A DNA stretch of 36,527 bases from Polymyxa betae A26-41 (GCA_003693705.1 RBZT01000216.1:1-36527), one strand, 5' to 3'; shown: positions 1-12,440, numbered from the stretch's first letter. Numbers and translations: made by a program. Notes: generated by a model not told the origin, from the sequence alone.

Positions 1-1125
1 AGAATCCTTTGAATGCATCCAGCTTGAACCAGTGCCTGGATCCCGCTAAATGGTTGACTATGGATTCTAAAAATGGCATAGGCCACGCTGTGCTCTCGCT
101 GATCGCGTTGACTGCTCTTAGATCGACGCACATTCTTTTTCCACCGTCACCTTTCTTCACTACAACTACAGGAGAGGCCCACTTTGAATTTTGATTTTCA
201 TAGACCAGTCCATATTTCATCAATTCTTCTACGAATTTCTGTAGGAATTCGCTATCTTCTGGTTTGTATTTTCTTGCCGGGCATTTGTAAGGTTGTGAAT
301 TGGGCTTCAGCTGAGTCACGAAAGGGGTGACCTTTGCTGGCGGTTCTGGCCCTAACTTCATCTGCCATGCTTTTTCAAATTTGTATAATAAATTCTTCAG
401 TTTATTTCGCCATTCTTTGGGGAGACCATTTTCTTCTGCTCTCTTCAGCATTTCTTCAATTTCGGACCGCACCTCCGTTTGGTCCACGGACCCAATTACT
501 GCGCCCTCTTCCTGGTCACTCCCTTCTTCGATATCACTGTTTGGCGATTCTTTATCAGCTCTCTGGGTGCCATTAGCTTCGTTTCTGACATTCTTCCGCC
601 CAATAAGTGCGTCGAGCGCAGTTTTTGGCTCTATTCCCAGTTCTTCAAGCAGGTCGCTCCCCAGTATGATTTCGTCACTGGGTACATCCCATATCAGGCA
701 CTTCCGTCGGCGTGATACGACTTCACCCGCACATGTCCGTTGTCTAATGTCTAGAGTTACGGCGTCCGTGACGACTACCTCTGTAACATTATCGCCCAGA
801 CGTAACCGCACGGGCTCTGCGAGCTGTATCTTCTCTATGGTAGGGTCAATTTTCATAGCACGATCGGCTATTATTTTTGGTATTAGAGACACCGCCGTGG
901 CGCCGCTATCTAGGATACCTGGTACGTATAAACCTTCACAGATCCTAACATCTATTTGTTTGTCATCTACCTACTCCCAATTTGGCAAACCAATGGATAC
1001 TGGGAATGTTTCTTCTTGAATTTATTATCATTCTCCATCAAAAGTGCGCGAATTTCAGCTTTAGTCAAGGGATGGGCTGGGCACAGAAAGGCCGGATGCC
1101 CAATTTTGTGACATCTGAAACATTG
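1..1125 (-). mobile_element. Ty3/gypsy LTR retrotransposon fragment: gag zinc knuckle, aspartic protease, start of RT (runs off window)
   Basis: Minus strand reads CFRCHKIGHPAFLC (CCHC), YVPGILDSGAT (protease, ~895-930) and VKKGDGGKRMCVDLRAVN...STAWPMPF...WFKLDAFKGF (gypsy RT motifs). Gag and protease are in different frames near 967. Confidence 0.92.
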
Positions 1126-1643
1126 TTGGCCGACGCTCCATGTGAGGCTCTGCACCACGCCGTGGAAAGCTCAACAGTAAATTTGTGGAAGTTGTTGGCC
1201 AAGGCGACGTTTACGTCGTTCCACATCTCAAAGCGTGCCACCTTGCCATGGAATTGTTCCTTATGTTGTCTCGATGTGGAATCACACGAAAGGCGGACAG
1301 GACGTTATTTCCAGGCAACTTAAGAACGTTAAGGTAGATTTCCGTTCGTTGACACCTCGCGGATACATTTTCCTGCGATTCATCATGTCGGCTATCATCA
1401 ATGCTCATCATCTTTACCGACTTCTAGAAAATGAACACAAACTCGACAGCATTGGCAGTTATCAGAAATGGAAAAGTCACTTGAACCACGAACAATCGTT
1501 TCTTCAGTTCCTTGCGAGAATGGTTCAAGAATGGATTCCTTCGTCACGGTTTTCGGACAACAGCTCCAACGAAATCGTTGGACGCAGATCATCATTATCA
1601 GAGTCGTCCCGTCAGCAGTCTGCCACAGGAGGACCTGCTTTAA

Positions 1644-2694
1644 GAGCAAGTACAGCGGTGTGTGCTAAATTCCGTGAGCTAAAACATCAATAGGCACCAA
1701 ATAACGTATGAAAAGGTGCGGGAGACTCGAAGCTGTTGGAAATGCACCGGTGACCTCTGTAAGGGTTGCAACTCCTGGTAACTGGGACCAGCCAGACATT
1801 CATCACAAGGAAGGGCGGGCGAACCTGAGTTGCGAGGGTGAACAAGGGAGACCGGGCTGACACTGTGGAGGGTGGCAAGAACACTGGAAGGTGGAAAGTC
1901 CGCCGCGGAGTTTTGACACTATATGGAAGTCCCCTAGTATGCATTATCCTATATAATTCTCATTTCATAATAATACAATTCATTCTGTTATTGGTTGTCT
2001 AACCTCAGGATCAATATTCGTAGTTCATGTCAGAAGAACAGAAGCTCCCAGCAGTGCTTGCAGGTCCATACTGTCTGCTATTCCTGATTTTGTAAAATGT
2101 CAGTTCCCCAGCAGCAGATGCTGGCGCTCTTTGCTCAGTATGCAATGGCGTTGGCCCAGGAATGTGAGGCGGAGCTTCCTCAGCTTCATCAAGCTCTGAC
2201 GACAGCGATGAAGACCTCTTCATCAATATTCGACCTTGGAAAAAACACATCCCAAATCTAAATAGGCACGAGTTTTGTTTTCAAAACTTTTACTGGATGA
2301 TTATTGGGGAACCCAAACAATTATTCAGCAAAGCAGTTCAGCACCCATTTTTCGGATATCTCTGGAGCTTTTATATATAATACGAAAATTAGCGTTACGA
2401 AACGAATACCTTCCTCTGAAATGGGACTGCTCGGGACTTCCAATATTTACAGCAAAGCAAAGATTGCAGCAAGGGCCTAGACAAAGGAGAGAGATAGACA
2501 GGGAGAATGAAATGGAGATGAATGGATGTTTATTCCGTGCGGTATTCGATGCGCCAAATTTGGCGCACGAGAAAGCGCAGGAACAAAATAGCGTATTGAA
2601 TGCCTCACGACTGGAAAACCGAGAAAAAGCGCAGCGCTATTGCGCGGCCTTTTTAGCTCATAAACTGCGTTATCACACACCGCTGTACTTGCTC
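1644..2694. mobile_element. Non-autonomous PIF/Harbinger (Tourist-like) element, 1051 bp
   Basis: Perfect 21-bp TIR GAGCAAGTACAGCGGTGTGTG at 1644-1664 and 2674-2694. TAA target-site duplication at 1641-1643 and 2695-2697. Confidence 0.9.
1758..2001. mobile_element. Possible solo LTR nested in the Harbinger element
   Basis: Starts TGTAAGGG and is flanked by direct ACCTC at 1753-1757 and 2002-2006. It ends in TA rather than the canonical CA. Confidence 0.4.
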
Positions 2695-3208
2695 TAAGTG
2701 TCCCTAAATACCGAAAGGAGGATTTCTATAACAAGCCAGAAAACGCTCTGGTTCGTTTGACAGTATCGGCAGAACGGCCACATGATAGGTCATCGCGTTC
2801 CAGCAGACGTTGCGTGCTGTGCGATGGAAGGACGACCGCCTTTTGTACAACATGCGATGTGAATATATGCTCGTCAGCACATCATCGACAGCGCAAAACC
2901 TGTTGGGAAAAATTCCATACAGTGGCAAAACTGCAGAAAGTCGTGCAGCCAGTTGCGACAGGGCATCGGGGCCGTTTAGGAATGAGATCTCTCCCTCCCA
3001 CTCCCACCTGTCAGCCACCATCCGATCAAACAAATGCAAGCGGTATGCTGTTTCGCCCCATACAGTGAGGTTAGTAACAATAACTTCGCGTTAGGAGGAA
3101 GATCCCGGCGGCGGTCTCGTTCGCCAGTGTCAAACTGAAACGAACTGAGTCGAATTGAGGTGTCTCATGCTGTGTTTACCTTATCACAAATGAAATGATC
3201 AATATCTT

Positions 3209-3258
3209 AAGCGGCGGTATATACTGTATACCGCCGTATACAAATATGCGTGGGGTAA
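3209..3258. repeat. Palindrome GGCGGTATA-tactg-TATACCGCC, possibly the piggyBac subterminal/right end
   Basis: 9-bp inverted repeat followed by GGGG-TAAA, an imperfect match to a piggyBac GGG-TTAA end. Confidence 0.35.
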
Positions 3259-3475
3259 ATTGAGCGAAAATGGTCATTATCGAGAGAGTGCTTGATAGCA
3301 ACGCAAATTTTTTTCTGTGCGATTGTTGGTAGATCCAGATAGGAAATCTCATGTTCTACACTTTATTGTTAGAAAAGTTTTCTGTAAACCCAATATTTTT
3401 GGCTGCGCTCTACGGACTCCGTCGGTTTTGCTGTCTGTTCGTTCGCTCTGGACGCAGCTGATACGACTCGTCAAC

Positions 3476-4811
3476 ATGAATCAAGCCCTCGTTGATCCGG
3501 TTGGGTTTTCTGATGGCGAAACCAGCGATGTCGACTACGCTCTGGTGCAAGCTATATCGTTTTTTGTGACAAGTCATAATTTGAATGCGCACGCATGCGC
3601 CCTAGCGAAAGAATTGCAAGATCTCGATGACGACAAACTGCCGGATCACCTTGGAGGAGAGTTCAGCGTTGACATCCGTTATCCTGTTTATGATGTTCTA
3701 GAAAGGATCGATTCTGGACCTGCGTCCATATTCTATAACCAATCTGGTTTCACTTTGAATGAGTGGCGTGCTAGTGAAATTTTTGTGTAGTTTATATAAG
3801 ATGTCTAATAAATTTCCAGGAGCTTTGTGACGTCATGTGTCCTGTTATACCCAATACCTCGCGTCTAACGAGAGTGCAGCATATTAAACGTGGCCGCCCT
3901 CCGAAACTTACTGTCGAGCAGAGGCTTCTATCTACAGTTCTGTTTCTGCGAAAAGTGAATGTGCTTTCTCTGTATTCCAGCAACTCTCAGCTGTATGTAG
4001 AAGGAAACGTGTCGTGATGAAGCAGCGCGATGGTATTTCTCCAGATCCTCTGCATCTGATGACTCTATCTTTATCGCTGAGTTGATTAATCGCACTTTGG
4101 CAAACGAAATAGAATGGCCAAACGAGCAGAGACGCCCTGAGCTAGCTCTTAGAGAGCCTATCTTTTATGGATGCATCGGGTTCATTGACGGGACTCTGGT
4201 GAAGATCCACCGGTCGGCATGTATCTACGAGCATCTCTCAAGACGATACTATACCAGGCGAAAAAAGATCTATGGCTTTAACAACACCATTGCAGTGGAT
4301 CATGATGGATTGATTCTCACATTGACCCAGGTTACGCTGGATCATATCATGACGTCACCATTCTCAAGCAATCCGATCTGTATCGTAACAGGCGTCATCA
4401 TTTCACGGTCGGCGATGAAGATTATTTTGAATACCTCTTGAGAGACCGTAAGTAAGCTGATTTTTTATTCTGGTTTATCCATAATATGATGCAGCTGGAT
4501 ATATCGGGGTAGACATGTTTATCATGCGCCTAGTGGACCAAAGGGAAGATGTCGGACCCGTGCTGAATGCATTCAACAAACGTCATGCTGGCAAGCGTAT
4601 CCAGGTGGAATGGGGTATCGGAGGATTGAAGATGAAATCGCGAATCCTACAATGTACCTTTCCAATGCAACGGCCCAAATTCGACATCATCATGCGCTGT
4701 TGCTGCGTTCTACCGAATTTTGAACATCGGATGAGAATGAATCTTCAGCTGATTGATTGAGGTCTTACTGATGGCGGCGCTTGGGAAGGAGATGATGAAG
4801 ACGATGCGTAA
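3476..4811 (+). pseudogene. PIF/Harbinger DDE transposase (HARBI1/DDE_Tnp_4-like), frameshifted, with a 47-nt intron at 4448-4494
   Basis: IEWP...GCIGFIDGTL, RKKIYGFN, (Y)IDPGYAGSYHD after a frameshift, D|PGYIG across GTAAGT...GCAG, and FNKRHAGKRIQVEWGIGGLK. Confidence 0.9.
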
Positions 4812-4845
4812 TTGATATATTGTGGTGGTATAAAGAGCTCCGGCT

Positions 4846-5680
4846 AATTAAGCATTTTGCTTGAGCCTGGAATTCTTCTTCAGTAAGCAAATTGTGTCGC
4901 TTTTTCAAAATTAGGACTTCCAAAGCTGCCTTGTTCAGAATTTCATTTTTTAACGCGTTTGGAGCCGTGACGCTTTCTTCACAAGCTCATGTTTTTCGGC
5001 CAGGTCCCGAAAAAACTTCTCCTGTAACGTGGTTTGCGACAGGGAATTATTCTCTATAGACTCAATTGCTATCGTGGACCGTGAACGACTCTCTTTCTTA
5101 GTCATATCGATATCAGGCTCAGGCTCAGCATCGTTGGCGTCGTCAGAATTATTACTAACGACGTTGTTCGTATCCCTTTTAGGCCGTTTAGGAGAGGGGA
5201 CTGTAATCAGGTCGAACCGCGTTTGGTGCATGACCCTAGAACGGTAGGTATCAGACTCTTTTAGACCTTTAAGAATTTCGATGTTTTGCAATTCAGGCTT
5301 GGCATCGTTTTCTCCGTTCGCGGTACCGGTGTTGAACGATTTCAAGTATCAACAAAGATTATCTTTCATCTGACGGATCCGTTTCGAATCGGTGATTTCT
5401 TTTCCATCAAAAAACTCTTCGGAGACGTCTTTCATCACGCGTTCCCAATCCTTGCTGGGAAAGGCTTGTTTGGGACGTCTGTCGGATTCTAAAATAAACG
5501 CAAGTGATATCGTTGCTTTAGACGGAATATTGATATATTTACTTTTACAGAATTCGGAAAAATGCTGCCGGTAAGCCTTTACAAGGCCTTCCAAAAGTTC
5601 GGACTTTTCGGAGCAGCCCGAGCTGAAACAGCACTTGGTTGGACTTCGACGCAATCTTGGTCAACTCCTGACATTTTAAC
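4846..5680 (-). pseudogene. Probable Harbinger ORF2 (Myb/SANT-like DNA-binding partner), convergent with the transposase
   Basis: WERVMKDVSEEFF...KRIRQMKDNL then in-frame stop, KSFNTGTANGE, an acidic linker and a coiled-coil-like end. Position fits the two-gene Harbinger layout. Confidence 0.6.
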
Positions 5681-6029
5681 GTGAATAAAGGGATCCGGAG
5701 GCGACCAGGAAATGGTGGAGACCGAGTTCCAGCAATTTTACGGACGCCGCAAGCGTGCTGCGACTAACGTAATTTTCCAAAATCTTACAAACGTATCTTT
5801 TTAGGCCATTTTAACTTTCGATTGAAGATATGTTAGAAGGCTGCGCCCAGCAATTCCTCCCGCGCACTTCTCCAAGTCCGCAACGTATCTTTTCAAGCTC
5901 TAACGTATGATTACCCTACTTTGCGGACGTTTCTGTTGCTTCAGGATTTCTTCAACATCCTCTGAATGCCTGCAGCTTGATAACTTTCATTATCCAATAT
6001 TCTTTAGAATACGCATTTCTTCTCTCTGT

Positions 6030-7000
6030 ACATATGGCCGCATCACGGGCATGACAAGGCGCATCACGGATCACCGAACGCATTAACGGAGGCGCAGCCC
6101 TTCGCTGAAAAGAGCGAACTCGGTCCAGGGCGCGTCGTACCGACATTTGTGCCATGGAACGTACTATAGCTGGAGCTGTTCTTTCTGAGCGTTTCGTGAA
6201 CAAGCGTTTCAGGCTCACCCAAGCTCAACTTGAGCTCGCAGATAAGGGAATTGCAACCGCTTTGAAAGGATGAATTTAGTTCGACTCCAAAGCATTCCTC
6301 AAAGCCGAAGTTGGGTGGATGGGCTTGCTGTCGAGCCGAACGCTAAGAGAGCTTACGACAAACACCTTCGCGGTTTGTTGTATTTCTTCCGAATGACTGG
6401 GGATTACAGATCTCAAATTATACTGCTTCCGGATGCTCCGCCAAACGTTCCCGCGATGAGCGTTGACTCGATACGTAACCATCTGAATGGCTCTTTTATT
6501 GAAAATTAACTCTCCATTCGCAGTATTATCTCTTGATTTGGCGGACCTTGGAAGAAGGAACTCAATTACTAAGAGCCGACGGGACAGCCTTGCTTAAAAC
6601 GTTCGGCGCTCAAGTCCTGGCGTCTGGAACCTGGTCAGATCCAGACAAAATCACGCATCTTGGCTCAGTTATCAAGGCGATTCATCAGAAATTCGATCAT
6701 CGGGCGCTTACCAGGGAGTATGCCCTGATTGTTTGAAAGAACAATCTTTGACGACTCCAAACCGTTTTGGATGCGATAGTCATTCACCATCACCAATGAT
6801 CTGGGAAAAGGATGCCGACCGAATCCATTCCGTTTGAAAACAGCTTCAAACGATTAAAAAAAGAAATGAAGGACTACAAGGCAAATGGGGATACACAGCT
6901 GAGACAGGTGTTCGTTCTTCGAGATTACTGTATGATAGAGAACGATCCCTGTTACTTTTTGATCTGTAGTGCTTCAATCTCTGGGAGCTGATTCTAGTCT
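6030..7000 (+). pseudogene. Possible Crypton-type (stramenopile-like) tyrosine recombinase, N-terminal part
   Basis: AYDKHLRGLLYFFRMTGDYRSQIILLPDAPPNVPAMS and GTWSDPDKI...IH, then Cys/His residues. This recalls oomycete/diatom Crypton-associated proteins, but no catalytic R-H-R-Y residues were seen. Confidence 0.4.
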
Positions 7001-7092
7001 TTAAAAGGGAATCGCGGAATGTGAAACTCAATAAAACGTGTTAGACGTTATAATCGTTTCTATTATGAAATTTGAGTGGTAGGCTGAGCCGA

Positions 7093-8822
7093 TCAGAAGG
7101 GCGTCAGCAAGGGGGTCACGCCAACGTCAATTCTGTAGCCCATCATGTCACAACGCACACCTCTAGTCCGAGCGCCGCACAGGCGCGATGGACTCGCAGT
7201 CGAGTTGGTGTTCCGAGGCCGCGCCGCAGAATTTAGTTCTCCAAATGAGTTATCGTGGTCACTATCGTCCACCGATGTAGCGAAGTCGGCCGGGTCGTAG
7301 GGCTCGAACTCTTGGTCGTAGACCGGGCCTTGGGCCGACTCCGCGACGTCGGGGACTGGAGTAGACCCCATAGACGCGAGCCAGCCGGCTCGTCATCCAC
7401 ATTGGTCGTCAGGTCATCGTCGATTTTGAGCTCGACGTCGCCCTGCGCCTTGTCGCTGTCGCATTCATTCGTGTCAGAGGTACGAAGGGGGATGATCTGG
7501 TCCATGTTGAAGGACGATTCGCGGCCCGTATTCACGTGACGCAGTCGATACGCATCTGGGGCATTTTCGTGCCGGAAGAAAACCGCCATGGCCCCGAAGC
7601 CGTGGAAGAAGTCGCCTGGATTGCCGCTTTTCCAAGACCGGTTCTGATGCCTCTCGAGTTACCCAGACGTGGTGGTCGACCTGCAACTCGAAGTCTGTCT
7701 TGCCTTCATTGGCGCGCACCGCCGTTGACCGATATGCTTCGGCCGCGACCTGCTCCGCAAGCCGCCATGCTGCCCTTATCCGGCTCCGTGGTTGCGCCAG
7801 ATACTCGCGATACGATGGTGGGCTGATAGTGGAAGCTGAACATGATATTGAGTTGGTCCTCGTAGGTCTCGACCGAACTCCAGAAAGTGCGGTGTCTGGC
7901 TTGTTGTCTGGCAATAAGCAAATGTCAAAACGTTAAGTTCTCGATCCCATCGCGAGTTGTCATTAGGCGATAGTGTTCACTGGAGGTTCCGGTGTGGGTG
8001 CTCCGCCATCCCATTCGCCTGGGCCCGGTGAACGACTGTTATCGCCAATCGTATCCCCAACATCCCGCATATCGAACTCCATAAATCGTTTCGCCATGAG
8101 GTGATTCGATCTGCCACTAACTTTTCGGGAAACCCTCGTGTCAGGAAGATGCCATTGACCAGGGCTTCGCCCGTCTTCATTGCCGACAACGATTCGACCG
8201 GTATGAAAATTGTATCGTATGTGAAGCGACACGTTGGTCACAATACATGTTTTTGATCAAGTGTTGTGGTCGGCAGGTTCACGACGTGGTCGATGTGCAC
8301 GATCTGCCACTGTTCGCCGACAATGTCTGGATCAAATACATGCAGTCGTCCTCTCCGTACACTCGTCGTCAATTTCGCCTGCTGACACATAAGACAATTC
8401 CGAACGTAGTCCGCAACGTCCCTGGCCATTTTGGGCCTGTACGCCTCCTTCTGAAATCGATCCAACGTTCGCCGCTCCCCGAAGTGCGCCCCGAGAAGGC
8501 CGTCGTGTGCTGATCGGACTCGCTCGCTTCGATCACCTGCTGGTATTCATACTTGCATTAGTGCCGGACGCCCATCGACTGCTGGTTGTACTACGGTCAG
8601 GATGCAGTTGTCATCTAAGATGGTCTCCTTGTCCATTCGTCCATGTCCATGATCACCTTTCTCTCTCGCCTCGATGATACGTCGCCAGGTTTCATCGTCG
8701 CGCTGCCGCTGCCGTAGCTCCTCATACGCGGTTGTGGCACTGTTGACGGCCCAAGATATATCCATGATGTCGCCATCGTTGTCAGTTTTCAGGCCGTCTT
8801 CGCTTCCCGCGCCAGAACGCAT
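7093..8822 (-). pseudogene. Ty3/gypsy integrase region, degenerate
   Basis: GAHFGERRTL...DVADYVRNCLMCQQAK (HHCC), WQIVHIDHV, GFPEKLVADR and HRAQANGMAE (D,D35E core), with multiple frameshifts. Confidence 0.88.
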
Positions 8823-8989
8823 TTTTCTCCCGTAATCTTACTCACATTTTCCGCATCTATCAATACTTTAGTGCTGTGTCCAATTTTGAAAATGTCAAAT
8901 GTTAGTTTTGTATCCAGTTTTTGTCCACGTGCCAAACACATTGGTACCTGTTTTCCAAAGACGGAAATACTCTTTTAACTTCGTTTCAT

Positions 8990-9195
8990 GGGACAATGAA
9001 GACAATGCCGGTTGTCTTGCGCTCGTAAACGGCCGCCGCACTCCTGCTGGAACAAAGCAAATCGCCTCAAGAATTGGCTTCATCCGCGATCTCGTCAAGT
9101 CTAAAGTGATCAAAGTTAGCAGCTGTCCGACAGCCGACATGCTCGCGGACCTTCTTACCAAGCCCCTGGTGGCCGTCGACTCCAAAGGAAGATAA
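8990..9195 (+). pseudogene. Ty1/copia RNase H C-terminal fragment
   Basis: EDNAGCLAL...TKQIASRIGFIRDLV...CPTADMLADLLTKPL is the characteristic copia pol end. Confidence 0.9.
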
Positions 9196-9843
9196 CGAAA
9201 CGATGGCGGCCTGCAACACGACGAAGGACAATAATGACAACGACGCCGACACCCTCGCAACTATTATGACGACACGGAGTGCGCGTCCGACGACCCCGAG
9301 GTCTCCGGCGGCGACAGCGATGACGAAGAGATCGCCCAAGACGACCTTGATGCCGACAAGGGAGAGAGAGACCGGATGCAAAAAGGGCGTACACTCATCG
9401 CGAGGAAGAGTGCTGAAACAGTCATCGTCGACAGCGGCACGTGCACCTGATAGCAGGTTCATGACTCACACTTTGATCGAGCTGGTGTGTTTAACATTAT
9501 CTCAATGAATACAACATCATTCCTTTAGTTTCTCACAATTAGTTAAAGCAGCAAGTAGCGTCCCTACTTCCACAGTTCAAACACAGAAAATCATCTATAA
9601 ATTCTCGGCACAATGGCTTCCAGGCACAGTTTCGAATCCCGCGTCTGTAGATGAATTCTATAGATATACATGTACACAGAAATTGGGAATTCTATCGAGG
9701 CTAGATTTGGTCAGGGCTTCAAAAAGCTGCATTCGTTTAAAATAGCCAGCTTTTCACTATTGGATCACAGCAATTCGAATATTTTATTGGGTTTTAATAG
9801 ATCAGTGTCGACTGAGCGACACTGATTTATGGTTGTGCTTGCT

Positions 9844-10560
9844 TAGAAGCCAATACCTTTCTGACCGTCGCTTGAAATGTCGTGCACATCTGCAGCACCA
9901 TTTCTTGGAACCTCTTCTCTCTAGACTCATCAGCGCAAAGTTGGCGCTCATGTCGTTCCTCATCCATCTGCCTACTCAACTCCATGATTTCACAAAAATC
10001 TACCGCGCGCCGACGTTTGCAAACCGGAGTGTCGCAGTCAGGGTCTGCATCTACGGATTACGCCCTTTTTCGCTCTGCCATCGTTTTCACGGCTGCTTCG
10101 CGTAACACGTTTGCTGTTTTCTCATCTTGTTGCTCATTCGCCCTTTTCGCCTGTTTGGCTTGTTTAACGGAGTGGCTGTCCGCGTCCATGAGCTGGAGGA
10201 ATTCTTCGAGTAGCTCGGTCTTCTCATCAAACTCTTCGTCGACACCGCTTTTGCGAAGAGCGGCCTGATTGTTTTCTTTCATTTTTTTCACGACTTGAAG
10301 GAGACGTGTTCGCAGGCTCCGTCCTTGCACTTTACACACGAAGTTCTTTGTACTCATGAGTGTTGGTGCTATCTGATCGTACAGCGCCTCTGTGTTTTTA
10401 CTTTATTGGGGCTCCCACGGCTGCACTTTAAAAACTTCCTGATACAGCATTATGAATCAACAGCGTTCAGATTGCGTCGTTGCGTTCCTTTGCCAACAGC
10501 AATCGTTTGTGGAGCGAAGAAATCGTTTCCAAAGATATCCTAAATTATTGGATTCACTAG
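9844..10560 (-). pseudogene. Harbinger ORF2-type (Myb/SANT-associated) protein remnant
   Basis: LRTRLLQVVKK...AALRKSGVDEEFDEKTELLEEFLQL...ANVLREAAVKTM resembles the SGxxEEyxExxxLL motif of protist/fungal Harbinger ORF2. Stops are present. Confidence 0.6.
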
Positions 10561-10632
10561 GATCTTCATATTTTACTTACTTGAGAATTACAGGGGTAGC
10601 ACTGCGAGGTAGAATGTTTGGAACTTAAGTAG

Positions 10633-11960
10633 CTATCTTGTACCGCTGTCCAGTATCGCAGGTACGTAATTTCCTTCATTTATTTTTGCCATAATTCGAC
10701 CATTCGCAATTCCTTCGCATCTAGCGAGTCGACACACCAACAAATAATCACTCTTCTTATTCTGTTTATTATCAACAGCCTTCTTGCGATCCTTTAGAAT
10801 CTGCGCAATCTTCTCCTTGCTGAGATTCTGCGGACATGCGTTGGCGGGATGTCCTATCTCCTCGCAATGATAGCACTCGATATTCTTCCCCCGTTTTTCA
10901 TCGATCTTCGGGCGCTTTTGAGGAGGCTGCGCTCCGCGTGACTCCGTACTGGCCCGATTCTTATTGCCATTCACCTCCTTGTTGGCACTCCAGCCGGGCT
11001 GCGCGCGCGCCTTCTTTGCGGGCTGCTCTTCACAGTCTTCCCACTCCTGATGACTGCAGACCTTGTCTTTCAAAAATTTCAGGAATTCGTCTGGGCTCTT
11101 CTGCAAACTGGGCTGGTTGGCATTGGCCAACTTCTTCATCTTGTCTCGCAGCTTAAATGGCCGTAATGCCTCAAGATAAAATTTCACCTCGAGCTTGCGT
11201 CCATCTCGGCCTTGAAAGAGTCTTCCCACCCGAACTTCGTTACAATGTCCATGAAGTCGGACTGTAGGGAGAGTACTCGTCCCAGCGGGGTTCCTTCAGT
11301 CTTCATTCTGAGTTTCCTCATCTCTTTGGCCATATCGGCCCCGTCTGTTCGATCCCGTTCAATTTGAGATTTCATCCAACTGTATAAAGCAGATGCTGTC
11401 ACTTCTGACGGGTCAATGCCTTCAAGTTCGTATCGGCAAATGGCCTTCAGCAAACTTGGCTTAATTATGGTCTTCAGTGAGCGGGACTCCATCCCATCTG
11501 CTCCAGCCTCTTCAAAAACTTCTAGATATCGCTTGTACTCGTCCAAAAACTTCACCAGGTCCTGGCGATCGGCTTCCTCGAGTCTTGGGGCTTTGTTAAC
11601 TTCAAAAGCCATCGTGCTGATCTTTTTCTTGACAGCTTGTTCTTCAATACTTGTGGAATTTGAGCTGGAATCATCAGGTACTTCCTCAGCTGCTCTGACG
11701 GCGTGGTCCAGCTCGCTTTGTTTGTTGTCCGTTGTTTTACTGCTCCGTGTGGATCTTCGAGATCTGGATTTTGGTGATGTTGTGTTCGCCATTAAGGCTA
11801 GCTTTATAGCACTTTCTTCTAAAGAGACAGACTTTTGTAACAGTGCTGTAAATGGAATCTGTATTTTTACAGCTAGTCAGGACCAGGGTAGTCTCGGTAT
11901 CTCGCAGTCCGTGACGCAGCTTCCGCCGGAACGTGAATCTGGCCTTTCCAGCTTGTAGTC
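10633..11960 (-). mobile_element. Ty3/gypsy gag plus protease start, truncated, related to the element at 1-1125
   Basis: ORFs 11184-11792 and 10633-11229 are joined by a frameshift. CYHCEEIGHPANACP and YVPAILDSGT parallel the first element (GHPAxxCP, LVC, YVPxILDSG). Confidence 0.88.
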
Positions 11961-12179
11961 CAGGGCTTTTGACAATGGAGACATTCATCTAGATACTGCG
12001 CGAGTTTCGCACTTCCTTCTATTAGCGCACTTTTTTTCTACTTAGAGAGAAAATATACAGGAGGTAGGATCAATATGCTCGAACTGCATTGTCATAGCTG
12101 GATTCAAAATTGCCATCTTATGTCACAAAGCGCTCTCAATTGAAGAATGAATCAAGAATCTGCTTCGAAACTGCCTGAG

Positions 12180-12440
12180 TGCTGCAGCTCTGATCATCAG
12201 TGCTGATCACCCAATATCTCTCTCGTGGCCACTTTCGTTACAATTGTTGAGACTTAGAGCTGCACCAAAAAACCTCTCCAAGGAATTGATTGCCGTTACA
12301 CTGTTACAGTTATTTTGACGCAGCTGTTGGAAATATCTTGCCAGTATAATGACGTTACAGCTGCAGCTTCTAGAGCTGCACTGAAAAATCTTTCCATTTT
12401 ACTGGCGTTGCAACTGCATCTTGGAGAGCTGCACAGAAAT
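12180..12440. repeat. Cluster of GAGCTGCA motifs, likely terminal/subterminal region of a Harbinger element
   Basis: AGAGCTGCAC at ~12256, ~12372 and ~12425, with an inverted TGCAGCTC at ~12183. It lies directly upstream of a Harbinger transposase start. Confidence 0.45.

Larger units (their letters stand above)
1126..3068 (+). pseudogene. piggyBac-like transposase, C-terminal part, split by an insertion at 1644-2694
   Basis: WNHTKGGQDVISR...IINAHHLYR resembles the piggyBac YNxxKGGVD region. RRCVLCDGRTTAFCTTCDVNIC...CWEKFH matches the piggyBac cysteine-rich domain. Removing the insert rejoins the frame as GPALSVPKYRKEDFYN. Confidence 0.8.

Noticed and set aside
327-1019. 230-aa plus-strand ORF
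   Set aside because: Ser-rich antisense shadow of the gypsy pol on the minus strand.
11416-11958. 180-aa plus-strand ORF
   Set aside because: Antisense shadow of gag.
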